Positions 51,091 through 59,496 of a stretch of DNA of 64,000 nt are shown piece by piece. How positions within the stretch are numbered: position 1 is the stretch's first letter; every line of letters starts with the position of its first letter. This DNA is from an uncultured bacterium. Lineage in GTDB: Bacteria > Chloroflexota > UBA5177 > JANWHV01. The stretch lies in assembly GCA_963827235.1 (NCBI GenBank), contig CAWHAE010000010.1, forward strand, positions 960,001 to 1,024,000. The letters run 5' to 3'. The notes below the pieces were generated by a model. The model did not search any database, was not told the origin of the DNA, and saw only the letters and a list, made by a program, of their open reading frames with translations. The translations under genes were made by a program, and so were the position numbers.

Positions 51091-51690
51091 ATGGTCAGCA
51101 AGTCGTCGCCGGCCGGTCTTGAGCTCGAAGACTCAGTGGTGAGCTCGGAGCTGCCCGGCCGTCTGCCATTCGACCTGATCGCCGTGCTGATCATGGCGGT
51201 CGTGGGATTCGGTATCTCGGTCTACCTGACGACCGTCCACTACGCCAACGCACCGCTCGTCTGCAGCACCGGAGGAATCGTGAGCTGCAGCGACGTGACG
51301 CGGAGCTCATATTCCTTCGTGCCGGGCACCGGCATGCCGATCACCATACCGGGCATGCTCTGGTTTGTGATTTCGGCAGCCCTGGCAGCACTGTCATGGC
51401 AGGCGCAGAGCGGTCGCTCGACCGTCCTGGCGCGGTTCGGCCTCGAGGAGGACGGCAAGCTGTTGCTTCGCCTCGGATTCGCGCAGCTGGCATGGTGCGT
51501 GGCTGGGCTCGCCGCCGTGTTCTACCTCGTCTATGCGGAGCTCGTGAAGCTGCACAAGATCTGCGAGTGGTGCACCGGCGTGCACATCCTGACGGCGCTG
51601 ACCTTCTTCGTGGCGCTCTACCGGTGCCTGAACCTGCTCGACGGCGGCGACCTGGAGGAGGAAGGGGCCGGGCAGAGCCAGTCTCAATAG
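51091..51690 (+). CDS. Vitamin K epoxide reductase (VKOR) family protein
   Basis: Loop cysteines LVCSTGGIVSCSDVTRS and active-site ICEWC. Confidence 0.9.
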   Translation: MVSKSSPAGLELEDSVVSSELPGRLPFDLIAVLIMAVVGFGISVYLTTVHYANAPLVCSTGGIVSCSDVTRSSYSFVPGTGMPITIPGMLWFVISAALAALSWQAQSGRSTVLARFGLEEDGKLLLRLGFAQLAWCVAGLAAVFYLVYAELVKLHKICEWCTGVHILTALTFFVALYRCLNLLDGGDLEEEGAGQSQSQ

Positions 51691-51828
51691 CGTTCAGTTG
51701 GGCAGGCGGCCGTCTGAGCCCTGAGCAGCGGGCGACCGGAAGCGCATGACAGAAGCGCTTCTCGCCGCTGCGTGCAATCTCGCGGTGCCCAGGCAGCACC
51801 GGCGGGTATTGCACGCAGCGGCGGGCGG

Positions 51829-53109
51829 CTATAAAGCCATCAGCAGAGGCTTCTCCAGTGCGGTGCGCACGTCGGACAGGAACTGGGCTCCCTTCGCTCC
51901 GTCGGTGGCCCGGTGGTCGGCCGAGAGCGTTATCTTCATGATCGTGCCGATGGCCAGCTGACCGTCGCGAACGACCGGCAGCTCGCGTATGGCGCCCACG
52001 GCCAAGATCGCCGCCTGCGGAGGATTGATGATCGCCACGAACGTGTCGATACCGAACATGCCGAGGTTGCTGATTGTGAAGGTGCCGTCGGCGTAATCCT
52101 CGGCAAGCAGCTTGCCGGCGCGAGCACGCTCCGCCATGGCCTTCGTCTCTCGGGCGATCTGGCCGAGCGACTTGCGGTCCACGTCAGGAATCACAGGAGA
52201 GACGAGGCCGTCGTCCAGCGCAACAGCTACCGAGATGTTGATGTGATCGTGCAGCACCAGCTTGCCGTCTCGATAGGAGCCGTTGAGGTCGGGGTGGCGC
52301 TGCAGTGCCCACGCCGCGGCCTTGACCACCATATCGTTGACGGAGACCTTAAGGCTGCCAGCAGCCTGCTCGTTCAGCGAGGCACGGAGCTTGACGGCCT
52401 CGGCCATGTCGACGTCCACGGTGAGATAGAAGTGCGGCGCGGTCTGCTTGCTCTCGGTGAGTCGCTTGGCGGCGGTCAACTGCACCCGCGTCAGCGCCCG
52501 CTCGCCGGCGCCCGCGGCGACAGGCTCCAACTCCACGGAGACGCGCGGGGGCTCGGGCGTGGCCGGCAGCCCGACCGGTGCGATCACAGGAGCGGCGACA
52601 GGCGCCTGAGCCGCCCCGGCAAGCGCCGCCTCCACGTCGCTCTTGACCACGCGTCCGCCGGGACCGCGACCGGCGATCAGGCTGAGATCGAGGGCATTCG
52701 ATTCGGCAAGCTTTCGCGCCAGCGGCGAGGCCTTGATGCGGCCGTCCAGCCCGTTGAGCCGCCCGGCAGCAACGGGCGCCGCGGCCTGAGCCGGGGCAGC
52801 GGCGGGAACGGTGGAAGCCGCGGCCGGCGGCGCGGCGGGCGCCGGCGGAGTGTCGGCAGGCGGCTGTTCGCCCTCCTTCAGGAGAATGGCGATCGGCTTA
52901 CCCACTTCCTCGCTCTCACCCTCGTGCACCAGTATGCGGTGCAGCGTGCCTTCACCGTACGACTCGACCTCCATGTTCACCTTGTCGGTCTCGATCTCGG
53001 CTACGACGTCGCCACGGTGAACCTGATCGCCTTCCTTCTTGAGCCACTTGACCAGCTTGCCGTGCGTTTCGTCGGCACCGGTTTTCGGCATCAGCACTGT
53101 CGTCGGCAT
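51829..53109 (-). CDS. pdhC: Pyruvate dehydrogenase E2 dihydrolipoamide acetyltransferase
   Basis: Lipoyl ETDKV, ASPLARKLA E3-binding domain and DHRATDGA. Confidence 0.93.
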   Translation of the reverse strand: MPTTVLMPKTGADETHGKLVKWLKKEGDQVHRGDVVAEIETDKVNMEVESYGEGTLHRILVHEGESEEVGKPIAILLKEGEQPPADTPPAPAAPPAAASTVPAAAPAQAAAPVAAGRLNGLDGRIKASPLARKLAESNALDLSLIAGRGPGGRVVKSDVEAALAGAAQAPVAAPVIAPVGLPATPEPPRVSVELEPVAAGAGERALTRVQLTAAKRLTESKQTAPHFYLTVDVDMAEAVKLRASLNEQAAGSLKVSVNDMVVKAAAWALQRHPDLNGSYRDGKLVLHDHINISVAVALDDGLVSPVIPDVDRKSLGQIARETKAMAERARAGKLLAEDYADGTFTISNLGMFGIDTFVAIINPPQAAILAVGAIRELPVVRDGQLAIGTIMKITLSADHRATDGAKGAQFLSDVRTALEKPLLMAL

Positions 53110-53120
53110 TCGGCATCCTC

Positions 53121-54098
53121 CTACGATCGATACAGCAACTGCCGCGCGGCACGCAGCACGTGCTCCTCGCGAGGGTAGGCCTCACGCTCAATATTCTTTG
53201 CGTAGGGAAGAGGCACTTCGGCCGCGGCCAGTCGCGCCACCGGAGCGTCCAGGTAGTCGAACGCCTCTTCATAGATGCGGCTGGCAATCTCGGCGCCCAT
53301 GCCGCACGAGCGCCAATCTTCCTCGAGCACCATGGCGCGATTGGTCTTGCGTACGGACTCCACGACGGTTTCGACGTCGAGCGGGCGAAGCGTGCGCAAA
53401 TCCACGACTTCCGCCTCGATGCCCTCGCCGGCGAGCTCCTTCGCGGCCTGCATGGCGATAGTCAGCATGCGCGAATAGGTGACTATGGTGACGTCCTTGC
53501 CCGGCCGCTTGACGTCTGCTTTGCCGATCGGAATCGAGTAGTCGCCTTCCGGCACCTCACCCCGGCTGGCATAGAGCTTCGTGTGCTCTATGAAGAATAC
53601 CGGGTCATCGGAGCGTACGGACGACTTGAGCAGGCCCTTGGCATCGTACGGAGTGGCCGGCATCACCACTTTCAGGCCGGGAATGTGGGCGAAATACGAC
53701 TCGAAGGTCTGCGAGTGGGTGGCGGCCACCTGGGCCCAGCCGGCAGGCGTGCGGATGACTATGGGGGCCTTGAACGCACCGCCGAACATGTAGTGCACTT
53801 TGGCCGCGTTGTTGATAATCTGGTCGATCGCCACGAGGCTGAAGTTCACCGTCATAAGCTCGACGATGGGCCGCAGCCCGCCCATGGCGGCGCCGACGCC
53901 CGCACCGACGAACACCGACTCGGCGAGGGGCGTGTCGCGGCATCGCTTTGCCCCGAACTCATCGAGCAAGCCCCTGGTCACGGTATACGAGCCACCATAG
54001 GCGTTGATGTCCTCGCCCATGATCAGCACGCGCTCGTCGGCGCGCATCTCCTCCCGAATCGCCTCACGCAGCGCTTCGGCGTATGTGATTATCGGCAC
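53121..54098 (-). CDS. pdhB: Pyruvate dehydrogenase E1 beta subunit
   Basis: MGEDI, DTPLAES, ATHSQ and VDLRTLRPLD. Confidence 0.93.
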   Translation of the reverse strand: MPIITYAEALREAIREEMRADERVLIMGEDINAYGGSYTVTRGLLDEFGAKRCRDTPLAESVFVGAGVGAAMGGLRPIVELMTVNFSLVAIDQIINNAAKVHYMFGGAFKAPIVIRTPAGWAQVAATHSQTFESYFAHIPGLKVVMPATPYDAKGLLKSSVRSDDPVFFIEHTKLYASRGEVPEGDYSIPIGKADVKRPGKDVTIVTYSRMLTIAMQAAKELAGEGIEAEVVDLRTLRPLDVETVVESVRKTNRAMVLEEDWRSCGMGAEIASRIYEEAFDYLDAPVARLAAAEVPLPYAKNIEREAYPREEHVLRAARQLLYRS

Positions 54099-54124
54099 GC
54101 GGCCTCCATGCAGCAGCGAACGTT

Positions 54125-55153
54125 CTACTTGGCCCAGGCGGGCACAAAATCAAACCCCGTGGTGTCGACGTAGACGTCGGTATACAGGTCCTCGATCGGC
54201 GGCTCCGCGCTGGCCTCGGCGAAGGCCACGGCCTCGGCGACCACCCGCTGCGCATCGCTCTCCATGCGGTCGAGGTCCGCCTGCGTGACCACGCCGGCCT
54301 CGAGCAGCCACCTGGGGAACCGCTTTACAGGATCGTTGCTCTTGCGCTCGAGCACCTCTTCCTTGGAGCGGTAGAGCTGGGCGTCGACCGCCGAATGGCC
54401 TCTGTAACGATACGTCTCGGCCTCGATAAGCATGGGCCCATTGCCGGCGCGAATGTAGTCATATGCCGCGCAGCACTCCCGGTACACGGCCAGCACGTCC
54501 TGCCCATCCACGGTCTTAGTAGGCATGCCGTAGCCCGCGGCCTTTTCGGCAATGGTGGCGACTGCCGTGGTCTCCTTGATCGGCGTGCCCATGGCGTACT
54601 GGTTGTTCTCGCAGAGGAAGAGCACCGGAAGCTTCCACACGGACGCCAGGTTCAGCGACTCATGGAACTCACCCATGTCGGTCGCGCCGTCGCCGAAGAT
54701 CGTTACGGTGACCTCCCTACGGCCCCGGTACTGGCTGGCCAGGGCGTTGCCCACGGCGAGCGGCAGGTGCCCGGCCACGATGGCGTAGCCGCCGTAGAAA
54801 TTGCGGGCCGGGTCGCACAGGTGCATGGAGCCGCCTTTGCCGCGGCTGCAGCCGGTCACCTTGCCAAACAGCTCAGCCATGATGCCGTTGGGATCGGAGC
54901 CGCGGGCAAGCGCGTAGCCGTGATCACGGTAGTGCGAGAAGATGTGGTCGCGCGGCTCGAGCGCATTGATGGCACCCACTGCCACGGCCTCCTCACCGAT
55001 GTACAGGTGCAGGAACCCTCCGATATGGCCTGCCGCGTACATCTCGGCGCATTTCTGCTCGAAGCGGCGGATCAGCAGCATTTGGCGGTAGAAGTCGACC
55101 AGCTGTGCGGGCTCAAAGCCCTGAACGGTGCGCTCCTGTTGTTCGACGCTCAA
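54125..55153 (-). CDS. pdhA: Pyruvate dehydrogenase E1 alpha subunit
   Basis: GFLHLYIGEEA, GKGGSMH, TPP motif GDGA...ENN and TYRYRGHS. TTG start after AGGAAGG. Confidence 0.93.
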   Translation of the reverse strand: MSVEQQERTVQGFEPAQLVDFYRQMLLIRRFEQKCAEMYAAGHIGGFLHLYIGEEAVAVGAINALEPRDHIFSHYRDHGYALARGSDPNGIMAELFGKVTGCSRGKGGSMHLCDPARNFYGGYAIVAGHLPLAVGNALASQYRGRREVTVTIFGDGATDMGEFHESLNLASVWKLPVLFLCENNQYAMGTPIKETTAVATIAEKAAGYGMPTKTVDGQDVLAVYRECCAAYDYIRAGNGPMLIEAETYRYRGHSAVDAQLYRSKEEVLERKSNDPVKRFPRWLLEAGVVTQADLDRMESDAQRVVAEAVAFAEASAEPPIEDLYTDVYVDTTGFDFVPAWAK

Positions 55154-55362
55154 CGTGTTGTATCCTTCCTGTCGACGGGGCCAGGCAGTGACTCGCATCA
55201 GGCTGGAATCGGCTTCAGGCCCACCTTCGTGGTGCAACCCGGTCAGTAGGCGAAACCCCGCGGCGCCGCCGCAAGGCTTGTCCCGGCACTATACAATCCC
55301 CCTCAAGAATACAGTACTCCAGGGTTCCGAGATCCCAAAGAGGCAGGAGATCACTGATCGAT

Positions 55363-55634
55363 AGAGATCGCCGCCGCGGTACGCGTGGACGATACGCGCA
55401 TAGTGACCGGAGAGATGAAGTGGTCTTCCAACCCGGTCGGCGGTGCCGTGCAGGCGGACCCGACTCGAGAGCTGCAGGAGCTCGCTGCCTCGGGTCATTC
55501 GCGGGCGAGAGACGCGCTGTCCCCGGTGCGGTCGGCCGCGTACTGCTTCGCGCCGGCGGCAGGATTCACTCCAGAGGTGAAGAAGGTCAGCGCCGAATCG
55601 CCCGGAGTGCATGGGTGGTCGCGCGACGATCTCT
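55363..55634. ncRNA. Candidate structured non-coding RNA, family unknown
   Basis: Closing helix AGAGATCG/CGATCTCT enclosing at least seven mutually compatible nested helices. No convincing ORF. Confidence 0.4.
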
Positions 55635-55679
55635 CTTGGGGAGACGCCGCGTGGCACCGGCAAGTCCGGAGCAGCCGGC

Positions 55680-56249
55680 ATGAGCACAACACTGCCCGAG
55701 GAGGTGGCGGTCCTGGCGCGGCGACTGGCGAGAGAGCCGGCCACGGTGTTCGCCTGCGAGCTTCCGCGGCCGCCCGGGATCAACGAGTGGTGGGAGCCCG
55801 TCACCGTCCGGCGCGGCGCCCGGTCCGTGGCCTCGATGAAGCTCTCTCGCCGCGCCGAGCGCTATAAGTCGGCAGCCGAGGACCTGCTGCTGAGGCAGGG
55901 CGTCGACGTGGTGGCTCTCGAGGACGACTTCCGCGATCTCTGGCTGCGGCTCTACGTGACGTCCTTCGTGGCCACGCCGATGGAACGCGACGTCGATGGA
56001 CCGCTCAAGCCCATGCAGGACTTCATCTGCCGGCTGCTCGGCGCCAACGACGCGCGCGTTCGCGTGGCCACTGCCTCGCTGATGCTGGATCCGGGACGAC
56101 CACGCGTCGAGGTGCGCGTCGAAGGCTATCGCGTGTGGGCGGCCGGTGAGGCGGGTCCACCCTATTACCTGCTCAAGACAGCGGATACGCCGTTGGGCCG
56201 GCGCAGCGTGGCTCTGCCGGTAACCGCTCGCAGACGACCATTGGAGTAG
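55680..56249 (+). CDS. RusA-like Holliday junction resolvase family protein
   Basis: LPRPPGIN, RDVDGPLKPMQD (DxDxxxKxxxD), NDARV and PRVEVRV resemble RusA motifs. Confidence 0.65.
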   Translation: MSTTLPEEVAVLARRLAREPATVFACELPRPPGINEWWEPVTVRRGARSVASMKLSRRAERYKSAAEDLLLRQGVDVVALEDDFRDLWLRLYVTSFVATPMERDVDGPLKPMQDFICRLLGANDARVRVATASLMLDPGRPRVEVRVEGYRVWAAGEAGPPYYLLKTADTPLGRRSVALPVTARRRPLE

Positions 56250-56424
56250 CCGGCCGGTAATGACGGCGGCGCCCCGAGCGGCGGGTCGTCCAGCGCCGAG
56301 GAACGGCCGCGGACCTACGACGTCGTACTCCGTAAGCAGGGCGAGACGCGCGACAGATTGGCGAGGACGTCGAATGAGCGTCTGCCGGACATGACGCCAA
56401 GGCATTTCCGGGTGTGAACGGCGG

Positions 56425-57663
56425 CTAGATCACCCGGCGACCACCGGCTATCACGGAGCGGACAAGGTTGACGCCGAAGTGGTAGGGGATATCCAGGTAG
56501 CTGCGGGCGTCCAGGACAATCAAATCGGCGCGCTTGCCCTGCTCCAGGCTGCCCACCTCGTGCTCGAGGCGCAGAGCGCGTGCACCACCCAACGTGGCGG
56601 CCGTCACGGCTTCCTCCACGGACATGCGCAGGGTAATGCAGGCAAGGGCGATAATGAGCTGCATGTTCTCGGTGAAACAGGTGCCGGGATTGCAGTCCGT
56701 GGCCAGGGCCACGGTAATCCCGCTATTGAGCAGGCCGCGGGCGGGCGCGTGAGAGCCGTGCGCCAAACAGAAGCTGGTGCCGGGAAGGAGCGTGGCCACG
56801 ACGCCGGCTTCCGCCAGGCGCTCGATGCCGTCGAGCGTGACCTGAATGAGATGGTCGGCCGAGGCGGCGTGATACTCCGCGGCCAGCTGGGCGGCGCCGA
56901 TAGACGCCAGCTCGTCGGCGTGGATGCGCAGGTCGAGGCCGAGCCGGCGGGCCGCGTCGAAGATCCTGCGCGTCTGGGCAACGGAAAAGGCGCCCTGGTC
57001 GCAGAACGCATCGCAGAACGCGGCCAGGCCGGTCACTTCCGGCAGCATCTCGGAGACGATCAGGTCGACGTAGGCATCCGGATCGGCGCGGTAGTCGGCA
57101 GGCACGGCGTGAGCGCCCAGAAAGGTGGGCACTACGAGCCCGGGGAAATCCGCCTGTAGCCGCTGGACTGCCGCCAGGCTGCGCACCTCATCGCGCGTGG
57201 TCAGTCCATAGCCGCTCTTGGCCTCAAACGTGGTGGTGCCATAGCGCAAGAACGTATCGGCGCGCGCTCGCAGGCAACGCAGCAGCTCGTCGTCCGAGGC
57301 CGCTCGCGTGGCCGCGACGCTGCTCAAGATGCCGCCCTCGCCGCGCTCGAGCAGCGTGCCGTAGCTCTCGTGGCCGGCGGCCCTGGCCGCGAACTCCGCC
57401 GCCCGATTGCCGGCGAATACCGGATGCGTGTGGCTGTCGACGAAGCCCGGCAGCACGCACAGACCCATGGCATCCACGACGACCGCGCACTCCACCAGCG
57501 CGGCGGGCAACGCCGCTTCCGGCCCGACCCACGTGATACGGCCCAGCTCGGCAACCAGCGCCGCCCCGGCGATCACGCCCAGAGGTCCGGCCGCGCCCTC
57601 CACGGGACGCCGGGCCACGGTCACCAGGCTGCCGATGTTGCGGACGACCAGACGGTCCGGCAC
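56425..57663 (-). CDS. hutI: Imidazolonepropionase
   Basis: PGFVDSHTHPVFAGNR, EAKSGYGL, FLGAHAVP, IHADEL, SADHL and ATDCNPG. Confidence 0.97.
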   Translation of the reverse strand: MPDRLVVRNIGSLVTVARRPVEGAAGPLGVIAGAALVAELGRITWVGPEAALPAALVECAVVVDAMGLCVLPGFVDSHTHPVFAGNRAAEFAARAAGHESYGTLLERGEGGILSSVAATRAASDDELLRCLRARADTFLRYGTTTFEAKSGYGLTTRDEVRSLAAVQRLQADFPGLVVPTFLGAHAVPADYRADPDAYVDLIVSEMLPEVTGLAAFCDAFCDQGAFSVAQTRRIFDAARRLGLDLRIHADELASIGAAQLAAEYHAASADHLIQVTLDGIERLAEAGVVATLLPGTSFCLAHGSHAPARGLLNSGITVALATDCNPGTCFTENMQLIIALACITLRMSVEEAVTAATLGGARALRLEHEVGSLEQGKRADLIVLDARSYLDIPYHFGVNLVRSVIAGGRRVI

Positions 57664-57671
57664 CGCCGACC

Positions 57672-58160
57672 TCAGGCCAGCGGCATCGACTTGCCGCGCC
57701 GCTGATACCCCTTGGTGAGCGTCTCGTCGATCAGCGGCGGATCATAGAACATCTGGGAGCGTTCGATCTCGCCCTTCGGGTTCTTCACCGTGAAGGACAC
57801 CAGGATGCCGCCGCTCAGCTCGACCAGACAGACGTTGGTGGCGCGCGCCTCATCGAGGTCGAAGCCCAGGGCGCGGAAGAAGTCCTCGTACCCGGTAGGG
57901 CACAATGGCGGCATCTTCACGTCGTTGACCGCCACGCCGCGCACCTGCTCCTGGCTGCTGATCAGGGCCATCACGTCGCTCATCGGCAGGGCGATGCCCT
58001 CGGCCTTGAGGTTGGCGAGGTGTCCGGGGAAAGCGCGAGCCACGTAACCGTCCTCTACTTCGGAGATGAGGACGTGCCTGTAGACATTTCTGTCGAAATA
58101 CCGCCCGATCGCCCGAAGCGCATCCTGATAGGTCGGCCGCTCGGTCCTTTGCACGCTCAT
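57672..58160 (-). CDS. Hypothetical protein with an internally duplicated domain
   Basis: GGGAGG RBS. Two copies of the pattern: YQDALRAIGRYFD and YEDFFRALGFDLD. Confidence 0.75.
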   Translation of the reverse strand: MSVQRTERPTYQDALRAIGRYFDRNVYRHVLISEVEDGYVARAFPGHLANLKAEGIALPMSDVMALISSQEQVRGVAVNDVKMPPLCPTGYEDFFRALGFDLDEARATNVCLVELSGGILVSFTVKNPKGEIERSQMFYDPPLIDETLTKGYQRRGKSMPLA

Positions 58161-58441
58161 CCTCCCGACGTACAAGCAGGCACGTGTCCCGACATACGAG
58201 CCCGCCCCCGGGCGAGCCGCACCGGCTGTGCCTCGCTACCTGACACTATCCGCCCATCAGGACCGCGCCGTCAAGGGCGGGAGAATAGGACGATTGGGGT
58301 GTCCCGGCATCAGAGCCGCGGTCCCCCTGCCGGGAAACCCCCGCTCCTTGTACCGGCGACTGCCCGGGTACACGCAGCGGCCACGTCGCCAGTGGCTGAG
58401 CCGGGCATAGGGCAGGCGGCATGACAAGGTTGCCGCCTGAA

Positions 58442-59065
58442 CTAGAATCCGGCGGCGCGCAGGCGCTTGTCCACGATACGACCGATCGCCGCTACCTGCG
58501 TGGGCGTGAACTTGCCGTTCAGGCCGGTGACCCGTACCAGGCAAAGCGCTCGCCCCCGGCGGAAGACAAGGTCGATGACCCGGTCATTCCTGCCGGTGGT
58601 ACCGGCTGCCTGAGAACGGGCAAAGTAGGTGTCGCCGACCGGCGGAACACTGACGATGTCGCTCGCATGCCCTACACGTGCCGATTCAGCCAGGTCGTAA
58701 TCGGTGTGGGCAGTCTGCTCGGACGCATACAGTAGAATGTCGCTCTCCACGGCGACAATCGGCCGCGTCTTGGGAGGCACCAGAAGCTCCAGGTCGGCGG
58801 CCATCAGGCCGGTCAGCCGCAAGCGGAACACGTGGGAGCCGCCATTCGCCACCAGCTGCTGACCGGTGAGCAGCCGGCTACTATATACCTTCGTACCGGA
58901 AAACAGGTCGGCGGCGCCCAAGTTGAGCGAAGCAAGAGACGGCGCTGCCACGGCCAGCCCGGCCGGCGCCAGCCCAAGCATCAAACCGAATAGCCACATC
59001 CAGACACCGTATACTGCCGTACGACGCCGAAGGCCGGTCCGAATCACCGATGCGGTGGACTGCAT
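58442..59065 (-). CDS. Hypothetical secreted protein (start uncertain)
   Basis: Signal-peptide-like segment ending AVA, followed by an alpha/beta-like mature region. Confidence 0.6.
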   Translation of the reverse strand: MQSTASVIRTGLRRRTAVYGVWMWLFGLMLGLAPAGLAVAAPSLASLNLGAADLFSGTKVYSSRLLTGQQLVANGGSHVFRLRLTGLMAADLELLVPPKTRPIVAVESDILLYASEQTAHTDYDLAESARVGHASDIVSVPPVGDTYFARSQAAGTTGRNDRVIDLVFRRGRALCLVRVTGLNGKFTPTQVAAIGRIVDKRLRAAGF

Positions 59066-59224
59066 GGGGAACGATTCGCCTCCAACTGTGTTGCCGGGGT
59101 ACATCTACAGGCGATCGACCGTAAACGGCCGGACGGAGCCTGATGCTTGTCGTGCCGAGTCCTGGCGCGTCCCTACCGCACCGACTGGAGCAGCATAGCA
59201 CACGGGCCGAGACTCCGCATTGCC

Positions 59225-59479
59225 CTAATCGGCGCCGATCTCCAGGGGAGTCGGCCGTCCGTCGAACCGCGCCGGCAGGCCAGGGGCGGTTGCCGTCGGC
59301 AGCGGCACCACCGGCGTGGCAGTGACGACCGCCGCGATGCTGGTCCGGGGCACCACCGACCGGTGCCCGGAGCCATGCACGAGCACTACCAGCAGGCACA
59401 AGCACAGCACTGCCAGCGCGCCTACCACCATGTACTGCCAGGGCTGGGCCGGCTGCGCGAATGCCTTGCGATCGAGCAT
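59225..59479 (-). CDS. Small single-TM protein with Pro/Thr tail
   Basis: MLDRKAFAQP..., TM VVGALAVLCLCLLVVLV and VTATPVVPLPTATAP. Follows the TadG-like gene. Confidence 0.5.
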   Translation of the reverse strand: MLDRKAFAQPAQPWQYMVVGALAVLCLCLLVVLVHGSGHRSVVPRTSIAAVVTATPVVPLPTATAPGLPARFDGRPTPLEIGAD

Positions 59480-59496
59480 CGGTCTTCTGCGCCCTT

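Noticed and set aside
51829-55153. pdhABC without an E3 (lpdA) gene
   Set aside because: E3 is commonly encoded elsewhere and shared between complexes.
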